From: a bacterium
Lineage (GTDB): Bacteria; SZUA-182; DTGQ01; JAFGSM01
Direction of reading: 5' to 3'
DNA: 15,732 nucleotides
Assembly: GCA_049472355.1 (NCBI GenBank)
Contig: JBLIRP010000085.1
Location: forward strand, 1-15,732
Position numbers and translations under genes: made by a program
Shown: positions 1-9,757 of the stretch, piece by piece
How positions within the stretch are numbered: the stretch's first letter is position 1
How the letters are laid out: each line of letters starts with the position of its first letter
Notes under the pieces: generated by a model
What the model saw: the letters and a program-made list of their open reading frames with translations, nothing else
What the model was told of the DNA's origin: nothing
Databases searched by the model: none

Positions 1-591
1 CTTAAAAACGTGAGCCCCAATCTGGGCTGGCTGTATGTCCCCTTTTGCATCCTGGTGATCGTGGGCACATCAAACAGCGTCAACCTCACGGACGGACTGG
101 ACGGGCTCGCCATCGGCCCATTGATCATCGCCGCAGCCACGTATACGGCAATCGCTTACGTCACGGGGCATGCGAGGTTTGCCAACTATCTCATGATCAT
201 CAATGTGAAGGGTGCAGGGGAGCTCACCATTTTTTGCAGCGCCATGATCGGTGCGGGAATGGGGTTCCTCTGGTTTAACACCTATCCCGCCCAGGTATTC
301 ATGGGAGACATCGGCTCCCTCTCCTTGGGGGCCGCCCTCGGTACGGTGGCGCTGCTGACAAAGCATGAGTTGATACTGATCCTGATCGGGGGGCTGTTCG
401 TGATCGAGACCGTATCGGTGATCATTCAGATCATCTCGTTCCGGCTAAGCGGTCGTCGGGTGTTCGCCATGGCGCCCATACATCATCACTTTGAACTGAA
501 GGGATGGGCCGAACCGAAGATCATTGTTCGTTTCTGGATCATCTCCGTCATTTTGGCCCTGCTCAGCCTAAGCACGCTGAAACTGCGGTGA
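1..591 (+). CDS. mraY: Phospho-N-acetylmuramoyl-pentapeptide transferase, 5'-truncated by the window edge
   Basis: Frame is open from base 1. MraY motifs [29 protein letters not shown] and [14 protein letters not shown]-terminus LSTLKLR. Directly upstream of murD. Confidence 0.98.
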   Translation, partial: LKNVSPNLGWLYVPFCILVIVGTSNSVNLTDGLDGLAIGPLIIAAATYTAIAYVTGHARFANYLMIINVKGAGELTIFCSAMIGAGMGFLWFNTYPAQVFMGDIGSLSLGAALGTVALLTKHELILILIGGLFVIETVSVIIQIISFRLSGRRVFAMAPIHHHFELKGWAEPKIIVRFWIISVILALLSLSTLKLR

Positions 592-596
592 TCGAT

Positions 597-2021
597 ATGC
601 GTAAAGGCAGAGAAAAATCAAAAAAGGCACCGGGAACCTGTGCCACCATCGAGTCATTGCCCGGCAGGAAGGTTTTGATCGTGGGATGCGCCGTCACCGG
701 CCTTGCGGCGATTCGATTTCTGACCGACCGGGGCTGCAGGGTTACCGTGTCCGAATCCAGGCAGCGTTCCGAATGCGAGGGTGCCCTTCGAAATCTGGAC
801 ATGGCGGATGTCCAGTGGGAATTCGGGGCGCATCTGGAGAAGACCTTTGTGGACCAGGACTGGATACTGGTCAGCCCGGGGGTTCCCATGAGCATATCCC
901 CGCTGGCAAAGGCCAGGGCGCAAGGGATACCGGTGGTGAGCGACATAGAGCTTGCCTTTCGACTGACCGCCACGCCCATGATCGCCATAACCGGGACCAA
1001 CGGAAAGACAACGACAACGACCCTGGTGGGGGAGATTCTGCATGCGGATGGGAAGAAGGCCTTTGTGGGGGGCAATATCGGCACCCCCATCCTCGATTCC
1101 ATCCATGAAGGGAATGAATACGACTTCCTGGTTGCCGAGGTGAGCAGTTTCCAACTGGAGGGGGTGAGCACCTTCGCCCCCCATATCGCCGTCATACTCA
1201 ATCTCACCCCCGATCATCTGGACCGCTATCCAGGGATCACGGCGTATCAGGAGGCAAAGGCCCGGATACTGACGTATCAGGCAGCGGGGGATTACGCCAT
1301 CCTAAACGGGGGAGACCAGTGGGTGGCGGGCCTTGCAGAGGGATGCGCCGCCACGGTATACCTTTTCGACACCGGCCGACCGGTTATCCGGGGCGCCATG
1401 ATAGGGGAGGGCCGCATGATCATCCGGGATGAGGATTCCGAGCTTGATCTGGGAGCGGTGGAAGGGATGGGATTGACGGGCAGTCACAACCTGGAGAATA
1501 TGATGGCCGCAAGCCTTGCCGCCTATTGCGCCGGGGTCTCCGTGGAATCGATCCGGCGGGTCCTCAGGGAGTTCAAGGGATTATCCCATCGCCTGGAGAC
1601 GGTCGCGAATATCGGGGGGATCACCTTCATCAACGACTCGAAGGGAACCAACGTGGGCTCGGTCCAAAAGGCCCTCGAGGCGATCCCTGCCCCCATACTG
1701 CTCATTGCCGGAGGCCAGGCCAAGGGGTGTGATTTTACCAGTCTTGCCCCGCTGATACAGGAGAAGGTTCGGGCGGCCTTCCTCATCGGAGAGGCGCAAG
1801 CGGCAATTGCGCGGGCATGGGGGACCTCCACGCGGATTGTCGCCGCTGCGGATCTGCGGTCCGCAGTGGAAGGTGCATACAAAACGGCCCAGCCGGGGGA
1901 CACCATCCTCCTTTCACCCGGCTGTGCAAGCTTCGATATGTTCAAGGATTACAAGGACAGAGGAAACCAGTTCAAAACAATCGTGATGGAGTTGGCACAT
2001 GCCGAGAAAACGCTGCTTTGA
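597..2021 (+). CDS. murD: UDP-N-acetylmuramoyl-L-alanine--D-glutamate ligase
   Basis: Motifs LVSPGVP, P-loop ITGTNGKTTT, GGNIG, EVSSFQLE, NLTPDHLDRY, NDSKGTN and LSPGCASFDMF. Start placed at ATG 597; GTG 588, overlapping the mraY stop as GTGA, is an alternative. The ORF-track start at 504 lies inside mraY. Confidence 0.96.
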   Translation: MRKGREKSKKAPGTCATIESLPGRKVLIVGCAVTGLAAIRFLTDRGCRVTVSESRQRSECEGALRNLDMADVQWEFGAHLEKTFVDQDWILVSPGVPMSISPLAKARAQGIPVVSDIELAFRLTATPMIAITGTNGKTTTTTLVGEILHADGKKAFVGGNIGTPILDSIHEGNEYDFLVAEVSSFQLEGVSTFAPHIAVILNLTPDHLDRYPGITAYQEAKARILTYQAAGDYAILNGGDQWVAGLAEGCAATVYLFDTGRPVIRGAMIGEGRMIIRDEDSELDLGAVEGMGLTGSHNLENMMAASLAAYCAGVSVESIRRVLREFKGLSHRLETVANIGGITFINDSKGTNVGSVQKALEAIPAPILLIAGGQAKGCDFTSLAPLIQEKVRAAFLIGEAQAAIARAWGTSTRIVAAADLRSAVEGAYKTAQPGDTILLSPGCASFDMFKDYKDRGNQFKTIVMELAHAEKTLL

Positions 2022-3096
2022 TCAGTTGCTTCTGGTAACGGCATTGATCATGATGGGAATCGGGGTGATTATGGTCTACAATGCCAGCGCCATTATCGCG
2101 GTAACCAAGTACGGCCAGAGCCCCTTTCATTTCTTGCGGATACACCTGTGTCACCTGTTTGTGGCCCTGTGCTTTCTCATTGGGGCGATGAAGAGCCCTT
2201 ACACGGTATGGAAACGGTGGGCCCCGGTGTTTCTCATTGCGAGCTTCGTCATGCTGCTCCTGGTGTTCGCCCCCCATATCGGTCTCAAGTGGGGAGGGGC
2301 ACGCAGGTGGATTAAGATCACCTCCTTTTTGAGCTTTCAGCCGTCCGAATTGGCAAAGATGGCGATCATTTTCTTTATGGCCTCATTCATAGCCAAGAAA
2401 AAAAACAAACCGGAGGAGTTGGAATCCATCTCGTCTCCCCTTTTCTTGATGCTGGGTGCATTTTTTGCCCTCATTGTGGCCCAGCCCGATCTGGGCACCG
2501 CAGCCCTCCTGGTGATCGTAGGATTGACCATGCTCTATGTGGCGGGATTCCGCCTGCGTTATCTGATCCTGCCGTTGCTCGTCTTTATCTGCTGTACGGG
2601 CATTCTGATCTGGATAACGCCCTACCGGGTCACCAGGGTCCTTTCCCATCTGAATCCATGGGAAGATCCGACCGGCAGCGGCTACCAGCTCATCCAGTCG
2701 ATAGTGGCCATCGGGAGCGGAGGGAAGATGGGGACAGGGCTCGGGAATGCGGTGCAGAGCGGTATAACCATACCGGAGCCCTTTACGGATTTCATTTTTG
2801 CCATAATCGGAAAAGAGGTGGGATTGGTGGGGACCTGTCTCATCGTGTGCCTCTTTTTTCTCATTGCATGGCGGGGCCTGCGGATCGCGCTCAACTGCAG
2901 GGATTCATTCGGGGTGAACCTTGCCGTGGGCATTACCTGCCTGATCGTGTATCAGGGATTGATCAACATGGGGGTGGTGACCGGCCTGCTGCCGACGAAG
3001 GGGATTACGCTCCCTTTTATCAGCTACGGAGGCACCTCGCTGGTCTTCAATGCCCTGGGGGTAGGGATCCTCTTAAATGTCTCCCAGTACACCTGA
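1999..3096 (+). CDS. ftsW: SEDS-family peptidoglycan glycosyltransferase FtsW
   Basis: Multi-TM hydrophobic protein with GARRWI, FQPSELAK, QPDLGT, GYQLIQS, TDFIFAIIG and PTKGITLPFISYGGTS. Sits between murD and murG. GGAG SD at 1988-1991. Confidence 0.96.
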   Translation: MPRKRCFDQLLLVTALIMMGIGVIMVYNASAIIAVTKYGQSPFHFLRIHLCHLFVALCFLIGAMKSPYTVWKRWAPVFLIASFVMLLLVFAPHIGLKWGGARRWIKITSFLSFQPSELAKMAIIFFMASFIAKKKNKPEELESISSPLFLMLGAFFALIVAQPDLGTAALLVIVGLTMLYVAGFRLRYLILPLLVFICCTGILIWITPYRVTRVLSHLNPWEDPTGSGYQLIQSIVAIGSGGKMGTGLGNAVQSGITIPEPFTDFIFAIIGKEVGLVGTCLIVCLFFLIAWRGLRIALNCRDSFGVNLAVGITCLIVYQGLINMGVVTGLLPTKGITLPFISYGGTSLVFNALGVGILLNVSQYT

Positions 3097-4222
3097 GCAG
3101 ACCAGGATCCTTCTTGCAGGCGGCGGCACAGGGGGACATATTTATCCGGGGGTGGCCCTGGCGCAGGAATTCCTGGCCAGGGGCTCGTTTGATTGCCTGA
3201 TGGTGGTGACGTCAAAGGACATGGACAGACACATCATGGAGAGTGAACGGATGCCGTATGCAGCCCTTCCTGTAAAGGGATTCCGTCAAGGGATTACACC
3301 GGGGAGGATCGCCGATGTGTATCATCTGGCCCTCTCCTTTGTGAGGACATGGCGGATCATTGCCTCGTACCGGCCGCATGCCGTCATCGGCCTGGGCGCC
3401 TACGTGTCCCTTCCGGCCATATGCATCGGCAGGCTCAAGGGAATCACCACCTTTATCCATGAGCAGAACCTGGCGCCCGGAAAGGTAAATCTTCTTTTGG
3501 GTCGCTGGACCGACGGAATCTTTACCTCCTTCCCTCAGACCGGGAGGTACTTCCCGTCGCACAAGGTGCGGATGCTGGGCAACCCCTTGCGCTCCATACC
3601 ATCGAACATCGACAGGACGCAAGGCCGTTTGACCCTGGGGCTGCAACCGGATCTCACCACGCTCCTGGTGACCGGGGGAAGCCGCGGCGCCCATGCAATC
3701 AATCTCAATGCAATGGATGCCTGTGCGCAGTTGAAATCGAAGGGGATTCCGTTTCAGGTCGTCCACCAGACCGGGGATGAGGATTATGATCGGGTTGTGA
3801 GGTGGTATGCAGGGGAGGGGATGAGTGCAGTAACCAGATCATTTTTTGACAATATGATGGAGATGTATCTCCTGTCGGATCTCGTTATCTGCCGTGCGGG
3901 TGCGGGAACCCTCGCCGAGCTCACCGCAACGGGAACACCCGCCCTGCTCATACCCTATCCCTATGCCAAGGCGGATCACCAGACCACCAATGCAATGGCC
4001 ATGGTGAATGCAGGGGCGGCGCGAATGATACGGCAGCGCGATCTTTCGGGCAAGGTATTGGCACAAGAGATCGGACAGCTCCTGAATGCGCCTGAAATCC
4101 TCAGGGGTATGGCCCGGGCGAGCCAGGCGCTGGGAAGGCCTCATGCGGCGAGGGAAATCTGCGATCAGGCCATCGCATGGCTTGCTGAAAGCCAAGGAAG
4201 GACGCAATGCACCCTAAATTAA
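3077..4222 (+). CDS. murG: Undecaprenyldiphospho-muramoylpentapeptide beta-N-acetylglucosaminyltransferase
   Basis: Motifs [38 protein letters not shown] and LIPYP...HQTTNA. Confidence 0.97.
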   Translation: MSPSTPEQTRILLAGGGTGGHIYPGVALAQEFLARGSFDCLMVVTSKDMDRHIMESERMPYAALPVKGFRQGITPGRIADVYHLALSFVRTWRIIASYRPHAVIGLGAYVSLPAICIGRLKGITTFIHEQNLAPGKVNLLLGRWTDGIFTSFPQTGRYFPSHKVRMLGNPLRSIPSNIDRTQGRLTLGLQPDLTTLLVTGGSRGAHAINLNAMDACAQLKSKGIPFQVVHQTGDEDYDRVVRWYAGEGMSAVTRSFFDNMMEMYLLSDLVICRAGAGTLAELTATGTPALLIPYPYAKADHQTTNAMAMVNAGAARMIRQRDLSGKVLAQEIGQLLNAPEILRGMARASQALGRPHAAREICDQAIAWLAESQGRTQCTLN

Positions 4223-5613
4223 AACGAATTCATATGGTCGGCATCGGCGGAATCGGGATGTGCGGGATCGCGGAGGTGCTGCACAACCTGGGGTACACGG
4301 TGACCGGAAGCGACCTCCATGACAGCGCCACCGTGCAACGGCTCCGGGATCTCGGGATCACCATTCGCATCGGCCATAAGGAAGAGAATATTGCAAACGC
4401 CCAGGTAGTAGTCTATTCCTCTGCGGTATCGGACGACAATCCGGAGATCAGGGCGGCGCGTGCCTCCCTGATACCCGTCATCCCCCGGGCGGAGATGCTC
4501 GCCGAGCTCATGCGCATGAAGTACGGCATCGCCGTGGCCGGGAGCCACGGAAAGACCACCACGACCTCGATGGTGGCGTCCATACTGGGGAGGGGAGGCC
4601 TTGATCCCACGATCGTCATCGGAGGCAGACTGGACAGCATCGGCAGCACGGCAAAACTTGGTCAGGGAGAGTACATGGTCGCCGAGGCGGACGAGAGCGA
4701 CGGCTCCTTTCTCAAGATTTCCCCGACGATTGCGGTGGTGACCAATATCGACCGGGAACACCTGGATTTCTATAGGGATCTTGATCATATAAAGGACACC
4801 TTTCTTCAGTTCATGAACAAGGTCTCGTTCTACGGACTCATATGCCTGTGCCTGGACGACCCGATCCTCCAGGAGATGATTCCCCGGCTTACCAAGAGGA
4901 TCCTTACCTACGGGCTGAGCATTCAGTGCGATCTGCGTGCGGAGAACATACGCATAGAAGGGCTCCACTCCCATTTCGACGTCATTTATCACGGCACATC
5001 ACTCGGTCCCATCGATCTCAATCTCCCGGGTATCCACAACATCTACGATGCCCTTGCCGCCATCGGGGTGGCCCTTGATCTGGAAATGCCCTTCATCGTT
5101 ATCCAAAAGGCATTGGAAGGGTTCAAGGGTGCGGACCGGCGCTTCCAGGTCAAGGCGAAGATCGGTGACCTCGTGATCGTGGATGATTACGGCCATCATC
5201 CCACGGAGATCAAGGCAACCCTGAGGGCGGCGAAAAAGGGGTGGGGGAAACGAATCATATGCGTATTTCAGCCTCATCGCTATTCCCGTACACAATTCCT
5301 CTTGGAGGAGTTTGCCACCTCATTCTACGACGCGGATCTGGTGGTGGTGACGGATATCTATCCTGCGGGAGAACAACCCATCCAGGGTGTTCACGGAGGG
5401 TTGATAGCCGAGGAACTCAGGGAACACGGGCACAAGGATGTGCATTATCTGACAGACCTCAACGAAATCCCTGCATTCTTACTGGAGATTGTGCGGCCGG
5501 GGGATATGGTGTTGACCCTTGGCGCCGGCGATGTGTGGAAGGTGGGGGAGAAACTCGAGGGGATGATCAAACAAGAACGATTCTTGGTAGGGTCATCAGG
5601 GGGGAGCCAATGA
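4207..5613 (+). CDS. murC: UDP-N-acetylmuramate--L-alanine ligase
   Basis: Motifs [61 protein letters not shown] and [18 protein letters not shown] upstream. Confidence 0.98.
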   Translation: MHPKLKRIHMVGIGGIGMCGIAEVLHNLGYTVTGSDLHDSATVQRLRDLGITIRIGHKEENIANAQVVVYSSAVSDDNPEIRAARASLIPVIPRAEMLAELMRMKYGIAVAGSHGKTTTTSMVASILGRGGLDPTIVIGGRLDSIGSTAKLGQGEYMVAEADESDGSFLKISPTIAVVTNIDREHLDFYRDLDHIKDTFLQFMNKVSFYGLICLCLDDPILQEMIPRLTKRILTYGLSIQCDLRAENIRIEGLHSHFDVIYHGTSLGPIDLNLPGIHNIYDALAAIGVALDLEMPFIVIQKALEGFKGADRRFQVKAKIGDLVIVDDYGHHPTEIKATLRAAKKGWGKRIICVFQPHRYSRTQFLLEEFATSFYDADLVVVTDIYPAGEQPIQGVHGGLIAEELREHGHKDVHYLTDLNEIPAFLLEIVRPGDMVLTLGAGDVWKVGEKLEGMIKQERFLVGSSGGSQ

Positions 5614-6524
5614 TAGTTGCCACGTGTGAGTGCATTAAGGGCATGAAGAGGATTCTGGGCAGCCGGTTTCGCATGAATCGCCCACTGGCCCCATTGACAT
5701 CCCTCAATATGGGGGGATTGGTTGAATTCTGGGCCATGGTCTATGATCTGGAGGAATTGCGCAGGATCTTGGGCTTGGCCAGATCGGAGGGACTGAGGGT
5801 AAGGATATTGGGAAAGGGCACCAATCTGGTCATCCAGAATGGACTGCTGAAGGGGATTGTCATTCAACTGGGCGGGACCCTGAGTGAAATCAAGAGAAAC
5901 AACGACCGGATCGGCATGGGAGGGGGATGTCCGCTTGCCTGTCTGCTGAAAGAGGCCATCGCCTGCGATTTGAACGGCGCGGCCTCGCTCGCCGGCATCC
6001 CCGGCACGCTGGGGGGGGCGGTGACCATGAATGCGGGCACCGATCAGGGGAGCCTGGGAGACCTCATCGAGGAGGTTGATATCCTGACGGAAGGCCGAAT
6101 CGAGACGTGGTCGGCACGGGAGATGGGATTCGGGTACCGGCGCAGCCGAATCAACAATGGGAAGATTGTCCTGGGTGCCCGGCTGCGGCTGAAGCCCGGG
6201 ATCGATGTCAAGAATGCCGTGCGAAGGACGCTTATGCAACGATGGAGCGCCCAGCCTTACCGCGAAAGGAGTGCGGGGTGTGTGTTTCGGAACCCCCCCG
6301 GGTACTCGGCAGGGAAGCTGATTGACGAGGCGGGTCTCAAGGGGCATCGGATAGGCAAGGTCGAGGTTTCACGCAAGCATGCGAATTTTTTCATCAATTG
6401 CGGAGGGGGCACCTCCGATGATTTCCTTCGTCTCATGGAGAGTGTCCAGAAGCGGGTATACCAGGTATCCGGGGTATACCTGAAACCAGAGGTGAAATTT
6501 TGGGTGAACGATGATGAACGATGA
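5610..6524 (+). CDS. murB: UDP-N-acetylenolpyruvoylglucosamine reductase
   Basis: Motifs [30 protein letters not shown]...[20 protein letters not shown] and PEV. Start at ATG 5610 (ATGA overlap with the murC stop, preceded by GGGGGAG). The ORF-track start at 5241 lies inside murC. Confidence 0.95.
   Translation: MIVATCECIKGMKRILGSRFRMNRPLAPLTSLNMGGLVEFWAMVYDLEELRRILGLARSEGLRVRILGKGTNLVIQNGLLKGIVIQLGGTLSEIKRNNDRIGMGGGCPLACLLKEAIACDLNGAASLAGIPGTLGGAVTMNAGTDQGSLGDLIEEVDILTEGRIETWSAREMGFGYRRSRINNGKIVLGARLRLKPGIDVKNAVRRTLMQRWSAQPYRERSAGCVFRNPPGYSAGKLIDEAGLKGHRIGKVEVSRKHANFFINCGGGTSDDFLRLMESVQKRVYQVSGVYLKPEVKFWVNDDER
6505..6524 (+). repeat. Perfect tandem duplication (TGAACGATGA)x2 at the murB/ddl junction
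   Basis: 6505-6514 and 6515-6524 are identical. The repeat contains the ddl ATGs (6511, 6514) and the murB TGA (6522-6524). Confidence 0.95.
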
Positions 6525-7557
6525 ATCCGGCAAGTATGCCACGCGGAAGGAATCACTGCGGGTCGGGGTGCTCCTTGGCGGATGGTCCGATGAGCGTGAG
6601 ATTTCCTTAAAAACGGGGCAGGCAATCACAAAGGCGCTCGTTGCCAAGGGCTGGGAGGTCAGACCGATCGATGTGGACCGCAATGTGTGCGATCGCATCA
6701 AGCATGAGGGAATCGATGTGGCCTTCCTGGCGCTTCACGGCCGTTTCGGTGAGGACGGAACCATCCAGGGCGTGCTCGAAATGATGGGGATACCGTATAC
6801 CGGATCGGGGGTACTGGCCAGTTCGGTGGCCATACACAAGATATTCACCAAGATCGTCCTTCAACACGCAGGGATTCCCACCCCGTTATTCATCCCTCTG
6901 GGAAAGACGGACGGACCGTTGGAGGAGAGCCCCTTCGGATACCCTGTGGTGGTCAAGCCCGCCACCCAGGGCTCGACCATAGGGATCCACATCGTCAATG
7001 GGCGCTCGGAGCTGAAGGATGCGGTGGCGGACGCATTCGGGTACGACGATGCCGTCCTGGTCGAGGAATTCGTGCCGGGCCGTGAGCTGACCGTGGGAAT
7101 CCTGGGAACGGAGCCGTTGCCCGTTCTGGAGATTGTCCCCCGATCCGGATTTTATGACTTCCAGGCAAAGTATACCCACGGTCAGTCGGAATATCGCTGC
7201 CCGGCGCCGTTGAGCGAGGACATTGCCGGGAGGGTGCGGGAGCTTGGTGCCCATGCCTTTCGGGCATTGGGATGCCGGGATTTTTCCCGTGTCGATTTCC
7301 GCCTCAGGGATGACGGCAGCCCCTTCTGCCTGGAGATCAATACCATACCCGGCATGACCGATACGAGCCTCTTGCCCAAGGCCGCCCTGGTGCACGGTAT
7401 ACATTTCCCGGACCTGGTGGAAAGGATCCTGCTGATGGCTGTGGCGCGACGGAATGACTGTTCGGAACGGAAGGGGAACGAGGAGAGATCCATGGGCCAT
7501 GGATGCCGCGACAAGGGCCTTGCCATGACAACGCACGGCAAGGGGAGGGGAGACTGA
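6511..7557 (+). CDS. ddl: D-alanine--D-alanine ligase
   Basis: Motifs GGWSDEREISL, LHGRFGEDGTIQG, PYTGSGV, VVKP..QGST, YDFQAKY, RVDFRL and EINTIPGMT. The start may be 6514 (GGTGA at 6503-6507). Carries a ~38-aa C-terminal tail. Confidence 0.97.
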   Translation: MMNDESGKYATRKESLRVGVLLGGWSDEREISLKTGQAITKALVAKGWEVRPIDVDRNVCDRIKHEGIDVAFLALHGRFGEDGTIQGVLEMMGIPYTGSGVLASSVAIHKIFTKIVLQHAGIPTPLFIPLGKTDGPLEESPFGYPVVVKPATQGSTIGIHIVNGRSELKDAVADAFGYDDAVLVEEFVPGRELTVGILGTEPLPVLEIVPRSGFYDFQAKYTHGQSEYRCPAPLSEDIAGRVRELGAHAFRALGCRDFSRVDFRLRDDGSPFCLEINTIPGMTDTSLLPKAALVHGIHFPDLVERILLMAVARRNDCSERKGNEERSMGHGCRDKGLAMTTHGKGRGD

Positions 7558-7564
7558 GGAGCGT

Positions 7565-8377
7565 ATGAGTCGACCCGTGACCTCCAAACCACCCTTGATC
7601 AAAAGGACGCCGCAGAGGGTGCAGAAACGTAAGGGCAAGGCCCCGCGCAGACGCGCCTCGGTGCTCCCCTATGTGGTGATGTTCGTCATAGTGGCCTTGA
7701 TCCCGTTGGGGAGGCATCTGATCGAATGGGGGACGCGGTGGGGGTACCTTACCGTCAAGAGGATCGAAATCACGGGAAACAGCAGGATCTCGTCGGAACA
7801 GATCAAGATGTGGACGGGCATCAAGGAGGGCCTCAATATGCTGAATTTCGATCTGGACGGTGTCACCGGGATTGCCGAGGCCCAGCCATGGATACGGTCC
7901 CTCCTGGTGGAACGAAGGTTCCCCTATACGGTTTCCATCGAGGTGGAGGAAAAGCTGCCGGTTGCGATCTGGGAGGAAGAAGACAATCGTTTCCTGATGG
8001 ACGAATTCGGCTGCCTGCTGGAACCTGTCCGGGGCAGGGACTCCTTTTCTTCGCTGCCGGTCATGACATGCTTCGGGCATTTCGACTGCAAGGCAGGGCG
8101 GCGTTGTCCCTTCCCGTATTGGTCCAACGGGCTGAGCATGGTGGAGATCATGAAGGAATGCGCCCCGGAGTTCATGAACGAGGTGGTGAAGATCTGCATT
8201 GTCTCGGAAGATCAGGTGACTGTCTTTTTGACCCAGGGGAGGAAGCTCCTGGTTGATATGGAGACAATTCGCGCCAAGTTCCCCCTTCTGAAGGCATTGA
8301 TCCGTAAAATGCCGGAGCAATGGCGATCCATGGGGTATTGTGATGTGCGATTCGATAACAAGATCATCTTCGGATAG
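7565..8377 (+). CDS. ftsQ: Cell division protein FtsQ/DivIB
   Basis: Basic N-terminal tail, single TM segment (VLPYVVMFVIVALIPLG), POTRA-like region (VKRIEITGN...PWIRSLLVERRFPYTVSIEVEEKLPVAIW) and C-terminal DVRFDNKIIF. Located between ddl and ftsA. GAGGAG SD at 7556-7561. Confidence 0.92.
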   Translation: MSRPVTSKPPLIKRTPQRVQKRKGKAPRRRASVLPYVVMFVIVALIPLGRHLIEWGTRWGYLTVKRIEITGNSRISSEQIKMWTGIKEGLNMLNFDLDGVTGIAEAQPWIRSLLVERRFPYTVSIEVEEKLPVAIWEEEDNRFLMDEFGCLLEPVRGRDSFSSLPVMTCFGHFDCKAGRRCPFPYWSNGLSMVEIMKECAPEFMNEVVKICIVSEDQVTVFLTQGRKLLVDMETIRAKFPLLKALIRKMPEQWRSMGYCDVRFDNKIIFG

Positions 8378-8518
8378 ATGCATTGAATGGTTATACCTGA
8401 ATGTGTGCGGGATTTTCTCAATGAAGAACATCAGCGTGAATGCACACCTTTTGCCTGTTTCTCGGCAGGGCAGCGGGATGGAAGGTGTATTCTTCGACAG
8501 GAGGGGGGCAAGGGGAAC

Positions 8519-9757
8519 ATGATAAAAAAGGATAACATCATCGTAGGACTGGATATAGGAACGACGAAGATTGCCGCAATCGTGGCAGAATGCCCTTCCG
8601 CTTCGGCAGTGGAGATCATCGGCATGGGAGTGGCCCCGTCCAGAGGCCTCCGCAAGGGCACGGTGGTCGATATCGACAGCACGGTGGAGTCGATCAAATT
8701 TGCCGTCAGGGAGGCGGAGCTGATGTCCGGTCATCAGATTGACGAGGCCTATGTGGGCATTGCGGGAGGGCATATCCGCGGAATCAACAGCAAGGGGGTC
8801 ATTGCGGTTTCAGGGAAGAACAGGGAGATCATCCAGGACGATGTCGATCGGGCGATCGACGCGGCAAAGGCCGTCGCACTTCCCATGAGCCATGAGGTGA
8901 TCCATGTCTTACCCCAGGAATTTCTCATAGACGACCAGGAGGGTATTCAGAAGCCCCTCGGGATGCACGGGGTCAGATTGGAGGTATTGGTCCACATTGT
9001 CATCGGGGCCATCACCTCCGCCCAGAATATCATCAGGTGTGTGAACAGGGCAGGGATCGAGGTGAAGGATATCATCCTGGAACAGCTCGGATCGAGCCAT
9101 TCCACCATCACCCAGGAGGAGAAGGACCTGGGAATAGCGGTGGTGGACATCGGCGGCGGCACCACGGATATCGCCATATTCGTTGACGGGAGTATTCGGC
9201 ATACCAGTGTTCTTTCCCTTGCCGGGGACAATTTCACCAAGGATATTGCCGTTGGATTGAGGACGCCGATTTCCGAGGCTGAAAAGATCAAGAGGGAATA
9301 TGGATGTGCCTTGACCTCCCTTGTTGACGAGAATGAGGTCATCGAGGTGCCCAGCGTGGGCGGGCGCAAGCCGAGGGTCATTTCCCGCCAGGTCCTGTCG
9401 GAGATCATTCAGCCCAGGGCCGAGGAGGTATTCGATTTGATCGCACGGGAGATTCATTCAAGCGGTTACGAAGAGCTCATATCCGCGGGGGTGGTATTGA
9501 CCGGCGGGGCATCTATTATGGAGGGCATGGTGGAGGTGGGGGAACAGATACTCGACCTCCCTGTCCGTATCGGGTATCCGGACAATATTGAGGGGTTGAA
9601 GGATGTGGTGCGGAGCCCTGTTCATGCAACCGGCGTGGGTCTGGTGCTCTACGGCGCCCAGCATCATTATGCATCGAGGAAACCGCAGGATAGCGGATTC
9701 ATCTATGGCATTGCTAATCGGATGAAAAGCATGGTGAATGAGTTTTTTGTGCATTAG
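8519..9757 (+). CDS. ftsA: Cell division protein FtsA
   Basis: Actin-fold motifs GLDIGTTKI, VDIGGGTTD and VVLTGGAS, plus an amphipathic C-terminal helix (IANRMKSMVNEFF). Start placed at ATG 8519 after a G-rich SD region; the frame is also open from ATG 8387. Confidence 0.97.
   Translation: MIKKDNIIVGLDIGTTKIAAIVAECPSASAVEIIGMGVAPSRGLRKGTVVDIDSTVESIKFAVREAELMSGHQIDEAYVGIAGGHIRGINSKGVIAVSGKNREIIQDDVDRAIDAAKAVALPMSHEVIHVLPQEFLIDDQEGIQKPLGMHGVRLEVLVHIVIGAITSAQNIIRCVNRAGIEVKDIILEQLGSSHSTITQEEKDLGIAVVDIGGGTTDIAIFVDGSIRHTSVLSLAGDNFTKDIAVGLRTPISEAEKIKREYGCALTSLVDENEVIEVPSVGGRKPRVISRQVLSEIIQPRAEEVFDLIAREIHSSGYEELISAGVVLTGGASIMEGMVEVGEQILDLPVRIGYPDNIEGLKDVVRSPVHATGVGLVLYGAQHHYASRKPQDSGFIYGIANRMKSMVNEFFVH

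Noticed and set aside
6011..6018. Homopolymers as phase-variation tracts (G8 in murB, A8 at 2398-2405 in ftsW, G8 at 14260-14267 in tyrS)
   Set aside because: Frames are intact, the tracts encode ordinary Gly or Lys runs, and the genes are essential.
7153..7173. Ddl as a D-Ala-D-Lac (vancomycin resistance) ligase
   Set aside because: The omega-loop reads YDFQAKY, with the Tyr typical of D-Ala-D-Ala ligases, and the context is the housekeeping dcw cluster.
7337..8773. 478-aa antisense ORF spanning the ddl end, ftsQ and the ftsA start
   Set aside because: It lies codon-for-codon opposite ftsQ and ftsA, which share a frame. It has no recognisable motifs and is a typical shadow ORF in GC-rich DNA.
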